From assembly GCA_035288465.1 (NCBI GenBank), contig DATEAH010000007.1, positions 66,090 through 130,089 on the forward strand: DNA of 64,000 nucleotides, read 5' to 3'. The notes beneath the pieces were generated by a model that was not told the origin of the DNA, ran no database searches, and saw only the letters and a list, made by a program, of their open reading frames with translations. Of this stretch, positions 17,394 through 27,070 are shown piece by piece. The stretch's first letter is position 1, and each line of letters begins with the position of its first letter. A program made the position numbers and the translations under genes. This DNA is from Patescibacteria group bacterium (GTDB lineage: Bacteria; Patescibacteriota; UBA1384; DATEAH01).

Positions 17394-18491
17394 ATGATTA
17401 AAACTGAAGCGAAAATGGAAAAAATTCTTAAAAACCAGGTTTTGTATTTGCCCTTGAAAGAAGGTGATACTGCCGAAGGGTCAATTTTAAGTAAGACTCG
17501 AAATCGAATTTGGGTTGATGTCGAAGGTCGCGGTATTGGTATGATTCCGCCTCGTGAAATTCCTTTTGAGGCAGAAGATTTAAAAATTGGCGAAAAAATC
17601 ATCGCCTTTGTCTTAAAACCCGAAGACGAAAAAGGCCATATCATCCTTTCTTTGAAAAAAGCGGATCGGGAAAAAATTTGGTTGAACCTAAAGCGCAAAT
17701 TTGAAGATCAAGAAAATATTTTCGTGAAAGTCGTGGAAGCAAATCGGGGCGGTTTGATGGTGGAAACTTCTGGGGCAAAAGGATTTTTGCCTTTATCACA
17801 ATTATCATCTAAGCATTATCCGCATGTTGGTGGGGACAAAGAAAAGATTTTAGAAAAATTAGCCAAGCTCGTTGGCTTGAAATTAGACGTTAAAATTATC
17901 AGTTTTGACCAACAAGCCTTAAAATTAATTTTTTCCGAGAAAAAAGCTTCTTCAAAGGTTGAGAAAGAAAAAATTGCGAGTTTGAAAGTTGGCACTAAAA
18001 TTAGCGGAACAGTTTCAGGAGTAGTTGATTTTGGAATTTTTGTCCGCTTTAATTTGGGCGAAGAAGGCTCAGAAGAATATGAAGGTTTGGTCCACATTTC
18101 TGAAGTTTCCTGGAGTAAAGTCGAAGATATCAAAAAAGAGTTTAAAATTGGCCAAAAAATCGACGCCGAAATTATTTCCACCGAAGAAGGCCGGATTTCG
18201 TTAAGTATTAAAAGACTTTTGCCTGATCCTTGGGTGAAAAAAGTTAAAAAATATAAAACTGACCAAAAAATCTTCGGCAAAATTACTCGTGTGACGCCGT
18301 TTGGAGCTTTTGTACAATTAGAAAAAGATATTGAAGGTTTAGTTCATATTTCTGAAATTGGTGATGAACACATCACTGATCCGAGAAGTTTACTCGAAGA
18401 AGGTCAAGAAAAAGAATTTCGCATCATTTCGATTGAGCCAGGCGCACATAAAATTGGTCTCAGTTTAAATATTCCAAAAAGCAAAAAATAA
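17394..18491 (+). CDS. rpsA: ribosomal protein S1-like (four S1 RNA-binding domains; short form)
   Basis: 365 aa. Repeated S1 domain signatures GxV..I..fGaFV and VHISEVSW. Confidence 0.8.
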   Translation: MIKTEAKMEKILKNQVLYLPLKEGDTAEGSILSKTRNRIWVDVEGRGIGMIPPREIPFEAEDLKIGEKIIAFVLKPEDEKGHIILSLKKADREKIWLNLKRKFEDQENIFVKVVEANRGGLMVETSGAKGFLPLSQLSSKHYPHVGGDKEKILEKLAKLVGLKLDVKIISFDQQALKLIFSEKKASSKVEKEKIASLKVGTKISGTVSGVVDFGIFVRFNLGEEGSEEYEGLVHISEVSWSKVEDIKKEFKIGQKIDAEIISTEEGRISLSIKRLLPDPWVKKVKKYKTDQKIFGKITRVTPFGAFVQLEKDIEGLVHISEIGDEHITDPRSLLEEGQEKEFRIISIEPGAHKIGLSLNIPKSKK

Positions 18492-18521
18492 ATTAGCGAT
18501 CATTAATTTATTGAGGGTAAA

Positions 18522-19181
18522 ATGGAAATTAAATGGTATGGGCAATCATGTTTTGCCCTGCAAACCAAAAAAGTAAAAATTATTATTGATCCATATTCGG
18601 ACAGCATTGGTTTGAAATTACCCTTACAATTAACGGCAAATATTGTTTTAGTCACCCATAATCATCAAGATCATAATAATGTTGAGGCAATTTCAGGAAA
18701 CAATGGCGAAAAACCTTTTAGGATTACCGGTCCGGGCGAGTATGAAGTTTCGGGGATTTATTTTCATGGTATCGGAAGTTTTCATGATAAGTTAGAAGGA
18801 AAAGAGCGTGGTTTAAATACAATTTATACTATCGATGATGGCAATATTCGACTTTGTCATTTAGGAGATTTAGGCACGGGTTTAAGTGACGAGCAATTGG
18901 AACAAATTGGCGAAGTTGATATTTTATTTGTGCCAGTGGGTGGTACGTATACGATTGACGTGGCGAAAGCCGTCGCGGTAATTGGCCAAATTGATCCTAA
19001 AATTGTCATTCCAATGCACTATCAATTGCCGGGCTTGCAAGTTGATTTAGCTGAAGTCGGAGAATTTTTGGAAGCTGAGGGAATTTCTAACAAGGAAGCA
19101 TGTGAAGTGTATCGAGTGGCAAAATCTGATTTACCAGCCGAAGAAAGAGATGTAGTGATTTTTAAGGCACAGAATAAGTAA
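18522..19181 (+). CDS. MBL-fold metallo-hydrolase
   Basis: 219 aa. VTHNHQDH metal-binding motif. Confidence 0.75.
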   Translation: MEIKWYGQSCFALQTKKVKIIIDPYSDSIGLKLPLQLTANIVLVTHNHQDHNNVEAISGNNGEKPFRITGPGEYEVSGIYFHGIGSFHDKLEGKERGLNTIYTIDDGNIRLCHLGDLGTGLSDEQLEQIGEVDILFVPVGGTYTIDVAKAVAVIGQIDPKIVIPMHYQLPGLQVDLAEVGEFLEAEGISNKEACEVYRVAKSDLPAEERDVVIFKAQNK

Positions 19182-19320
19182 ATTTCTAATATCTAAGTCC
19201 TAATTTCTAAATAATTACCAAATCCCAAACATCAATAACCAATCAAATTCTAAACCTCAAATCTCAAAAAATTTGGAAATTGAAAACTAATATTAAGTTA
19301 ATTAGAATAATTAGAAATTT
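19182..19320. repeat. AT-rich intergenic inverted-repeat element, copy E
   Basis: aaatttctaatatctaagtcctaatttctaa ... aattagaataattagaaattt. The ends are inverted copies of each other, with the same ctaa/tcctaa flavour as the other copies. Confidence 0.45.
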
Positions 19321-19329
19321 TAATACTAT

Positions 19330-19417
19330 GCCCGAGTGGTGAAATTGGTATACACGCGACACTTAAAATGTCGTGGCCTAAACAGCCGTGCCGGTTCGAG
19401 TCCGGCCTCGGGCACCA
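19330..19417 (+). tRNA. tRNA-Leu (anticodon TAA), with CCA encoded
   Basis: 88 nt with a long variable arm. Anticodon loop CTTAAAA. Acceptor GCCCGAG/CTCGGGC. Confidence 0.85.
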
Positions 19418-19571
19418 GATCAATCTTGCAGAAACAAAAGGAGTTTCTGTTTTTTATATTGATAATCACTTGCTATTTGGGAATTCTTGTTGTAAAATAG
19501 ACAAAATAAGGGCTGAGCCTTGAGCTTGGTCTTGGTGACTTTAACAATTCAACCTAAGGGGGGTCGAGGAT

Positions 19572-20117
19572 ATGGAAAGTCCAGTCGTTCAGATTAGCGA
19601 TGAGTTGTTTGAAGAATTGCGCCAGCTTTGGCGCGAATCAGGACTTTCCAGATTAGGATATTCATTCCATGCTTTTCCTCGGCATCTTCAACAAAAATTC
19701 GGTATCAAGAAAATGCCATTGCAGGACAAACTCTTGCTTTATGGCAGGGCGCGCAATGATACACATTTGTCAGAGCAGTTGGTTGGAAACCTAATCGCCA
19801 TTTTTCCTGGCGTAGTAATATTTAAAGACACATCATTTGAACATCAACTCGATGGGCTTATGGTTCGCGTTGGTCCGACTCACCCATCAGCATTTATACT
19901 CCGGTCATTTCGAGCTCCGCATAGTAGCGTTTCGCTCGTAATTAATGTTTTTATTAAACCGGAAAACTATTTCGTTGACGGTCAGATTTGTCCAGCCTGT
20001 ATTAGTTGGGGAATTGGTGGCGGCGGAGGATCCGGAAATACTTTGGCCATTGATCAGAACCGATGGGAAGCAATGATTGCCTGGCTTGACAAATGGTTGC
20101 CACCAACAGAAACTTAG
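19572..20117 (+). CDS. hypothetical protein with a Gly-rich loop (GGGGGSGNT)
   Basis: 181 aa. GC-richer than its surroundings. Sits directly after tRNA-Leu(TAA) and is followed by a terminator. Confidence 0.4.
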   Translation: MESPVVQISDELFEELRQLWRESGLSRLGYSFHAFPRHLQQKFGIKKMPLQDKLLLYGRARNDTHLSEQLVGNLIAIFPGVVIFKDTSFEHQLDGLMVRVGPTHPSAFILRSFRAPHSSVSLVINVFIKPENYFVDGQICPACISWGIGGGGGSGNTLAIDQNRWEAMIAWLDKWLPPTET

Positions 20118-20138
20118 ACTTAATAGTATTTTTTCTTG

Positions 20139-20183
20139 ACGGGGATGGCCCGATTCAAGACCCAGACCAACCCCGTTTTTTTA
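20139..20183 (+). terminator. intrinsic terminator (acgggg ... ccccgt stem plus a T7 run)
   Basis: GC stem followed by ttttttt. Confidence 0.5.
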
Positions 20184-20240
20184 TTTGTACTAAAAATTTG
20201 TCAAATTGTGAAAAATTAGTTATATTAATATTAGGATATT

Positions 20241-20381
20241 AAAAACTCTAAGCACGAAATCCTAAATTCGAAACAAATTTTAATAACCAAAATTAAAATA
20301 TTCCAAACAGGTTTTGAACATTTGAACATTTGGATTTTGATATTGTTTGTTTAGAATTTAGATATTAGAGTTTAGAATTTG
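20241..20381. repeat. AT-rich intergenic inverted-repeat element, copy B
   Basis: 5' arm aaaaactctaagcacgaaatcctaaattcgaaacaaat; 3' arm tttgtttagaatttagatattagagtttagaattt, an imperfect reverse complement. Central caaacaggtttt is shared with copy D. Confidence 0.55.
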
Positions 20382-20399
20382 CGACCAGAGGGAGTATTT

Positions 20400-20912
20400 A
20401 TGCCCATAGAGCCTGTAATAAAAAGTTACCTGCCTTTGGATGATGATTCAGAAACGCCAGATTCGAAAGAAGAAAGAATTGTTGAAAAGGAGGGAGATTC
20501 CAAGGAACCATTTTCCCTGGAAGACGAAAGAGCTTTTGCCGTAGGCCTTACCACCATCATTGTGGTAGTGGGTTTATTGGTAATTTTTGGTGTTTGGTAT
20601 TTCGTGACGCATAACCAAGCCGCAGAAGTATCAACAAATGAATCTATGTCTGATCAACCGGGCGAAAAGGTTTTGGGCGAAAGCATCGAACCGGACCAAA
20701 ATACTATTCCCACTGATTCCGAACAAACGGTCGGGACTGAAACTGAAACAACTTCAACATTTCCCGGCGGTGTTTATACAGTTGAATCAGGTGATACTTT
20801 ATATTCAATTGGTTTGAAACTGAAAGTCGATTGGAAAGAAATTGCGCAATTAAACAATTTAGAGAGTCCATATAATTTAAAGAAGGGTCAGGAATTACAA
20901 ATTCCCCAATAA
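20400..20912 (+). CDS. membrane-anchored LysM-domain protein
   Basis: RBS agggag precedes the ATG at 20400. TM helix, acidic/Thr-rich linker and a C-terminal LysM (YTVESGDTLYSIGLKLKVDWKEIAQLNNL). Confidence 0.65.
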   Translation: MPIEPVIKSYLPLDDDSETPDSKEERIVEKEGDSKEPFSLEDERAFAVGLTTIIVVVGLLVIFGVWYFVTHNQAAEVSTNESMSDQPGEKVLGESIEPDQNTIPTDSEQTVGTETETTSTFPGGVYTVESGDTLYSIGLKLKVDWKEIAQLNNLESPYNLKKGQELQIPQ

Positions 20913-20934
20913 TAAATTCCTGATTAAGGATTAA

Positions 20935-21546
20935 ATGAAACGTAAAATTAAAATTCTATCAGTAACGTTCATTGTTATTTTGGTCGGAATTTTCGTTTAT
21001 TTCTATCTTCCAAAAATTTTAAGCGACACGGTTTATCCTTTGGAATATAAAGATTTAATTAAAAAATACGCGACAGAATATCAACTTGATCCAAATTTCG
21101 TTGCCGGGGTAATTTTTTCCGAAAGCCATTTTAACGCTCACGCGACTTCACCGGTGGGAGCACGAGGCTTGATGCAAATTATGCCCCAAACTGGCAGAGG
21201 AATCGCCCGCAGTTTGGGAGAAGAAGCAAGTTATAGCCCCGATAAATTATATAATCCCGAGACAAATATTAAGTATGGTTGCTGGTATTTGCGGAATTTA
21301 ACCAACAAATATCCTTGGGATGTGAGTTATGTTTTAATCGCTTATAATGGCGGGGTAGCTTTGGCTGACAGATTTGCCACCTATGGCGGTTCGCTCAATG
21401 CGGAAACTTCATATTATTATGTGAAAGTGCAAAAGAATAAACAAATTTATGATCAATTATATGGTAAGTGGTGGGAAAGCGAAAAGAAAGTTAAAATGAA
21501 GCCAACCCTTAAAGATATAATTTTGTCTTGGATGTTAGGTCGGTAA
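20935..21546 (+). CDS. lytic transglycosylase (SLT/GH23 domain)
   Basis: Catalytic-region motifs ESHFNAHATSPVGARGLMQIMPQTG and AYNGG. Confidence 0.8.
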   Translation: MKRKIKILSVTFIVILVGIFVYFYLPKILSDTVYPLEYKDLIKKYATEYQLDPNFVAGVIFSESHFNAHATSPVGARGLMQIMPQTGRGIARSLGEEASYSPDKLYNPETNIKYGCWYLRNLTNKYPWDVSYVLIAYNGGVALADRFATYGGSLNAETSYYYVKVQKNKQIYDQLYGKWWESEKKVKMKPTLKDIILSWMLGR

Positions 21547-21575
21547 TAAAATAAGAGAATAAAGATTGTGATAAA

Positions 21576-23312
21576 ATGAATTCGAATACAATCCGTGAAA
21601 AATTTGTCAGTTTTTTTAACAATAATAAGCATCAATTGGCCGCGCCATCTTCTCTAATACCCCACGAAACCGATGCCTCGGTTTTATTTACAACCGCCGG
21701 GATGCAGCAGTTTAAAAATTATTACGCTTATCCGGATCGTGCCTCAACTGCCAGGATGGTGACTATTCAACCGTGTGTGCGGACTTCTGATATTGAAGAA
21801 GTCGGTGATAAAACCCACCTCACTTTTTTCGAAATGCTGGGCAATTTTTCTTTTGGTTATCCTGGTAAAAAGGGATCATATTTTAAAAAAGAGGCGATTG
21901 ATTTCGCGTGGGAATTTTTGACTGATAAAAAATGGTTAGGAATTGATCCTGGGAGAATTTCGGCGACTTATTTTGGCGGTGACGAGGAAAAAAAGTTAAT
22001 GATTGATGAGGGTTCAAGAAGAAACCTTGAATCTGTCAAGGGTTTGGATAAAATTGAACCTCACGGTTTTGAAGATAATTTTTGGACTTTGGGGACAGAG
22101 TTAAGTCCGGCTGGTCCGACTATTGAATTTTATGTGGACCCCTCGACTTCGCTCGGGGCAGGTGGCATTGAAGTTTGGAATTTAGTTTTTAACGAATATG
22201 TTTTTCATGACAATGAATACGGACCTTCAAGATATCAAGGTGTTGATACGGGGATGGGTTTGGAACGGTTAGCAGCAATAATGCAAGAAAAAGATGATGT
22301 TTATGAAACTGATTTGTTTTGGCCAATAATTAAGTATTTAGGTGATGGTGAGGTGTTACCACTTAATTATAATCGCGATAAAGAATCTTTAAAAATTATT
22401 GTAGATCATCTTAAAGCCGCAACTTTTTTGGTAAACGATGGAGTTTTTCCCTCAAATAAAGATCAAGGTTATATAGTTCGAAGATTGATTAGAAGAGCAT
22501 TATTACATAGTCAGTGGAGTGAATATAAAAATGATTGGGTTCCTGAAATTATCGAAGAAATCATTAATATTTATCCTTCACTTCAGAATTCAAAAGATAA
22601 AATTAATAAAGTGATTAGTCTGGAAATTGAAAAATTTCAAACAACAGTTGAGCGAGGGAAGAAAATTATTACAAAACTTGAAATCCTTGATGCCAAAGCA
22701 GTTTTTGATTTATATCAAACTTATGGATTTCCTTTGGAATTATCTCGCGAATATGCCGCGATGAAAAAAATTAAGATTAATAATGAGGATTTAAACGCGG
22801 AAATTAAAAAGCATCAGGAATTATCTAGAACCGCATCTGCTGGGAAGTTTAAAGGTGGTTTGGAAGATACCAGCGAACAGACAATTAAACTTCACACAGC
22901 AGCACATTTATTATTAGCAGCTTTGCGACAAATTTTAGGCGATCGGGTAATTCAAAAAGGTTCGAATATTAACGCTGAACGATTAAGATTTGATTTTTCA
23001 CATCCGGAAAAATTAACACCTGAGCAGGTTAAAAAAGTTGAAAATCTAGTGAATGAAAAAATTAAAAGCAATCTGCTCGTAAAAATGAAACAGATGAGTT
23101 TAGAGGAAGCGAAAAAATCAGGTGCTCACGGCACTTTTGATGCCAGATATGGCGATAAAGTTAAAGTATATTCGATCGGCACATTTTCTAAAGAAATTTG
23201 CGGCGGCCCGCATGTTAAAAAAACCAGTCTACTCGGTAAATTTAAAATTATTAAAGAGGAATCTTCTTCTGCAGGAGTTCGCCGAATCAAAGCGGTTTTA
23301 AATAAAACATAA
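21576..23312 (+). CDS. alaS: alanine--tRNA ligase, short form lacking the C-Ala domain
   Basis: 578 aa. Class II AlaRS N-terminus (FFNNNKHQLAAPSSLIPHETDASVLFTTAGMQQFK) and the editing-domain HxxxH...CGGPH zinc motif. Confidence 0.85.
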   Translation: MNSNTIREKFVSFFNNNKHQLAAPSSLIPHETDASVLFTTAGMQQFKNYYAYPDRASTARMVTIQPCVRTSDIEEVGDKTHLTFFEMLGNFSFGYPGKKGSYFKKEAIDFAWEFLTDKKWLGIDPGRISATYFGGDEEKKLMIDEGSRRNLESVKGLDKIEPHGFEDNFWTLGTELSPAGPTIEFYVDPSTSLGAGGIEVWNLVFNEYVFHDNEYGPSRYQGVDTGMGLERLAAIMQEKDDVYETDLFWPIIKYLGDGEVLPLNYNRDKESLKIIVDHLKAATFLVNDGVFPSNKDQGYIVRRLIRRALLHSQWSEYKNDWVPEIIEEIINIYPSLQNSKDKINKVISLEIEKFQTTVERGKKIITKLEILDAKAVFDLYQTYGFPLELSREYAAMKKIKINNEDLNAEIKKHQELSRTASAGKFKGGLEDTSEQTIKLHTAAHLLLAALRQILGDRVIQKGSNINAERLRFDFSHPEKLTPEQVKKVENLVNEKIKSNLLVKMKQMSLEEAKKSGAHGTFDARYGDKVKVYSIGTFSKEICGGPHVKKTSLLGKFKIIKEESSSAGVRRIKAVLNKT

Positions 23313-23339
23313 AGTATAAAGAGGGGCTGAAGGGAAAAA

Positions 23340-26300
23340 ATGAATAAAGTAATTATTAAGATTTTTCAGATTTTTCTTATTTTTGTATTAATTTTTTCGT
23401 TTTCGTTTAAAGTTGGTTTGGCTAAAAATCAGAACTCGGACTCTAAAAAAGAACCAAGTAAAACCGATCAAAAAAAGCCGACTTTTGTTCCAGGCGAAAT
23501 CATCGTCAAATTTAAAGAAAGCATTAATCCTAATAAAGATAAATCGCTCAAAGATTTGGAACAAAATTTAGGCGGTGAATCATGGCAATCGATTTTTAAG
23601 GGCAAAGCGAGCCAAAAATTAAATGTTTATAAAAAGAAAGTCATGGCTGGGTCAGAAGCCAAGGCAATCGAGAAATTATCTAAACATCCGGGGGTTGAAT
23701 ATGTCGAACTCAACCAAATAATCTACACGGAAATGATACCGAATGATCCTTTTTATTCTTCATCAGGTTCTTGGGGCCAGGGCTTTGACGACCTCTGGGG
23801 AATTAAGAAAATTCAACCAGAGTCAGCTTGGGATTTGGCGTTGGGAGAAGGAATAACTGTGGCAGTAGTTGACACTGGCGCAGATTATAATCATGAAGAT
23901 TTGGCTCAAAATATTTGGAACAATCCCGGCGAAGTAGGCATAGATGCTAATGGTAATAATAAAAACAGCAATGGTCTTGATGACGACGGCAATGGCTATA
24001 TTGACGATTGGCAGGGCTGGGATGCAAGTACTATCGTTACTCAACCTCGAGGATGGTCGTCTATGATCAGTGGCAGTAAAGAGCAGGATAATGATCCAAT
24101 AGATGATAATGGTCACGGAACTCATGTTTCGGGCACGATCGCCGCGGTCGGCAATAATGGCGTGGGTGTAATTGGGGTAGCTCCAAAAGCCAAGATTATG
24201 CCGGTAAAATTTTTAACTAAAGATGGCGTAGGCACACATACGGATGCGGCTAATGCGCTAATTTACGCTGCCGAAAATGGTGCTGAGATTATTAATAATA
24301 GCTGGGGAGGGTCTTACAGCCGACTTGTTCATGACGCGATTAAATATGTTTATAGTGTGGGGCCAGTGATTGTTGCCGCTGCCGGTAACAGTAGCGAAGA
24401 TAATCTTTATGACATTCCTTCTGGATTTCCTGAAGTAATTTCAGTTTCAGCGACTGATAATACTGATTCTTTAGCAGGGTTTTCTAGTTTTGGCAAGGTT
24501 GATGTTTCAGCGCCGGGTGTAGGCATTCTCTCATCTAAATCCTCCCTTGACGACTCAACTTATTTAAATGTGGGCGAAAAATATCGGGTTGCTTCCGGCA
24601 CCTCAATGGCATCACCACATGTCGCGGGTTTAATTGCTTTAATCCTTGCCCAAAACTCAAATTTAACCAGTGAGGAAGTCAGGCAAGTTTTGGTAAAATC
24701 AGCCGACGACTTAGGAGCAACGGGTTTTGATCCTAATTTCGGTTTTGGTCGGATCAATGCTCAAAAAGCCTTAAATGAAACCTTGATGGGGCAGGCGGTA
24801 ATTTTGGCACCAGTCGGTCATTTTGATGGGAATAGTGTCAATGTTTTTGGCACGGTCCAAGCCGCGAATTTTCAAGAATATTTGCTTGAGTATGGGGCAG
24901 GCGATTTGCCTCAAACTTGGATGGAAATTGTAACTTCCACAACTCCAAAAACTAATAATTTATTAGGCGCTTGGAATACCAGCGGTTTGGCTTTTGGCCG
25001 TTATACCATCAGACTAAAGGTAATTGATACCAGTGGCAATATTTATGAAAGTATGAACAGGGTTGATTATGGCGTCCCGCTTGAAATTTTTAACCTGGAG
25101 GCAGCTGTTTTTTCACCTACGGAGACAATAATTAACTGGAATACCAATCGTCAATCTTATAGTTGGGTAGAATATGGCAAAGACACAAACTATGGCAAGA
25201 CGGCTTACCCTGATAGTGAGATTGCGGACTTTGCGGTTCAGCTTCTGGATTTAGAACCCAGCACTACTTATCATTATCGAATTATTGCTGATGAATTTGC
25301 CAAAGAAATATCCTCGCCAGATTATACTTTCACTACTCAAACGCCGTTTTTTTCAATTCAAAATGTTAATATTGCGCTAGAACCGCATCAGACCACAATT
25401 ACTTGGGAGACTGACATCCCAACTACCGGTTTGGTTCAATATAACCGGACCTATTGGACAAAAAACTTGTATTATCAATATCGAAATGAAGCGGCAGACG
25501 CTAATCTATCCACCACTCATAGCGTGGTTTTATCTCAACTAGATGATAATCAGGAATATATTTTTATCATTAAATCTCAAGACCAAAATGGCAATGGCGC
25601 CACAACTTCGCCCACTTATTTTACCACCACCCAAGGTCAATATCCTCAAGTGATAAATTTTGTCAGTCAAAATCTAACCGAAAATAGCCTTGATCTTGTC
25701 TGGAATACTGATATTCCCTCTACGGCTGAAATTAGATTTCATGGCGCCAATGAAGTCGCGTACTACGATACAGTACAGCAAAATGATAATAATTTGGCCC
25801 AACATCATGAGAAAAATTTGACAGGATTAAAACCCTCAACCGTTTATTGGCTGACAATTGTCTCAATTTCTACTGACGGCAGTCGTTCTTATTACAACCC
25901 AGAAAATTTTAGAACTCCTGAGTCATCCCATATTAGCAACTTAGTGGTGCAGCCTCTTGACAGATCCGCGACTGTTAGTTGGACAACCGATATTCCAACT
26001 TACAGTCGAGTGTGGTACCAAGCTGGGGCGTTAGAGCTTTATAATTATCCGACTTCATATACAAGTTGGAGTTTAACGACAAATCATTCAATTACCTTGA
26101 CCGGCTTATTGCCAGAAACTTTATACGGCTTTAAGGTTGAAAGTTTCGATGACAATAACAATGATTTTTTTCTAAATATTGGAGAATTTACTACTCTTCT
26201 ATTAGATGATCAAGTTCCAACCGGTTTAATCAAAATTAACAATGATGCTTTATATGTAAACCAAACGGGAGTGACTCTTAATCTTACTGCCACAGATAAT

Positions 26301-27038
26301 GTTAGTGTGACCGAAATGCAATTTTCCAACAATGGAACGATATTTAATTCTTGGGAGCCTTATTCTGCGAGTAAAAATTGGATTTTAAGTTCCGGAGATG
26401 GCTTAAAAACGGTTTATGTGCGATTTCGTGATGCTTCAGGTAATATCTCAACTACTTATTCTGACAGCATTTGGCTAGATACCACACAGCCCTCTAATGG
26501 TTTGGTTATAATCAACAATAACGCGGTCTATGCTACTTCAAGCGTTGTTGCTTTAACCCTTTCGGCTCAAGATAATGTTGGTGTAACCGAGATGCAGTTT
26601 TGCACTGATGAGGGTTATGTTTGCCGTTCTGACGCATGGGAGCCATATTCAACTACCAAATTTTGGACTTTCTATAATGGCGATGGGATAAAAACAATTT
26701 TTGTTCGTTTTCGCGATGCCGCTGGCAATATCTCACAAACTTACAATGATACGATTTCAATTGACACCACGGCGCCCACAGGTTCGATTTTAATCAATAA
26801 TGGTGCTGTCTCCACCAAAACTCGTTATGTCACTTTAAATCTTTCTGCTTCTGATAACCTAGGCGGAACAGTGCAGATGAGATTTTCAAATGACAACATC
26901 ACCTGGACTTCTTGGGAAAACTTTGCCTCGACAAAGAAATGGACTTTAACTACTGGCAAAGGTAGTAAAACAGTTTACGTTCAGTATCGTGACGCCGCCG
27001 GCAACATTACCATTTTTTCGGATTCAATAAAGTATTAA
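23340..27038 (+). CDS. secreted S8-family subtilisin-like serine peptidase with FN3-like and tandem C-terminal repeat domains
   Basis: 1232 aa. Signal/TM anchor. Catalytic triad motifs VAVVDTGAD, HGTHVSGTIAA and GTSMASPHVAG, plus NNSWGG. Four W-T-D-I-P-T FN3-like modules are followed by three ~90-aa tandem repeats. Confidence 0.9.
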   Translation: MNKVIIKIFQIFLIFVLIFSFSFKVGLAKNQNSDSKKEPSKTDQKKPTFVPGEIIVKFKESINPNKDKSLKDLEQNLGGESWQSIFKGKASQKLNVYKKKVMAGSEAKAIEKLSKHPGVEYVELNQIIYTEMIPNDPFYSSSGSWGQGFDDLWGIKKIQPESAWDLALGEGITVAVVDTGADYNHEDLAQNIWNNPGEVGIDANGNNKNSNGLDDDGNGYIDDWQGWDASTIVTQPRGWSSMISGSKEQDNDPIDDNGHGTHVSGTIAAVGNNGVGVIGVAPKAKIMPVKFLTKDGVGTHTDAANALIYAAENGAEIINNSWGGSYSRLVHDAIKYVYSVGPVIVAAAGNSSEDNLYDIPSGFPEVISVSATDNTDSLAGFSSFGKVDVSAPGVGILSSKSSLDDSTYLNVGEKYRVASGTSMASPHVAGLIALILAQNSNLTSEEVRQVLVKSADDLGATGFDPNFGFGRINAQKALNETLMGQAVILAPVGHFDGNSVNVFGTVQAANFQEYLLEYGAGDLPQTWMEIVTSTTPKTNNLLGAWNTSGLAFGRYTIRLKVIDTSGNIYESMNRVDYGVPLEIFNLEAAVFSPTETIINWNTNRQSYSWVEYGKDTNYGKTAYPDSEIADFAVQLLDLEPSTTYHYRIIADEFAKEISSPDYTFTTQTPFFSIQNVNIALEPHQTTITWETDIPTTGLVQYNRTYWTKNLYYQYRNEAADANLSTTHSVVLSQLDDNQEYIFIIKSQDQNGNGATTSPTYFTTTQGQYPQVINFVSQNLTENSLDLVWNTDIPSTAEIRFHGANEVAYYDTVQQNDNNLAQHHEKNLTGLKPSTVYWLTIVSISTDGSRSYYNPENFRTPESSHISNLVVQPLDRSATVSWTTDIPTYSRVWYQAGALELYNYPTSYTSWSLTTNHSITLTGLLPETLYGFKVESFDDNNNDFFLNIGEFTTLLLDDQVPTGLIKINNDALYVNQTGVTLNLTATDNVSVTEMQFSNNGTIFNSWEPYSASKNWILSSGDGLKTVYVRFRDASGNISTTYSDSIWLDTTQPSNGLVIINNNAVYATSSVVALTLSAQDNVGVTEMQFCTDEGYVCRSDAWEPYSTTKFWTFYNGDGIKTIFVRFRDAAGNISQTYNDTISIDTTAPTGSILINNGAVSTKTRYVTLNLSASDNLGGTVQMRFSNDNITWTSWENFASTKKWTLTTGKGSKTVYVQYRDAAGNITIFSDSIKY
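26208..27035 (+). repeat. three tandem ~270-nt diverged domain repeats inside the S8 peptidase gene
   Basis: Each repeat encodes T.P.G.I.INN.A.Y...V.L.L.A.DN..VTEMQF....WEPYS..K.W...GDG.KT..VRFRDA.GNIS. Confidence 0.7.
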
Positions 27039-27070
27039 GATAAAATTATTGTATTAAAACAGGAGGAAAA

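Noticed and set aside
13456-20190. Prophage or integrative element at the tRNA-adjacent islets
   Set aside because: No integrase, recombinase, capsid or terminase-like ORF is present. Only small cargo-like genes are present, so a compositional islet is claimed instead.
23823-24125. Numerous short antisense ORFs inside large genes (for example 23823..24125, 28232..28896, 29324..29761, 35672..36163, 38231..38554, 46573..46935, 57899..58318)
   Set aside because: They are fully embedded on the opposite strand of well-supported long genes, lack RBSs and have biased low-complexity translations. They are treated as frame artefacts.
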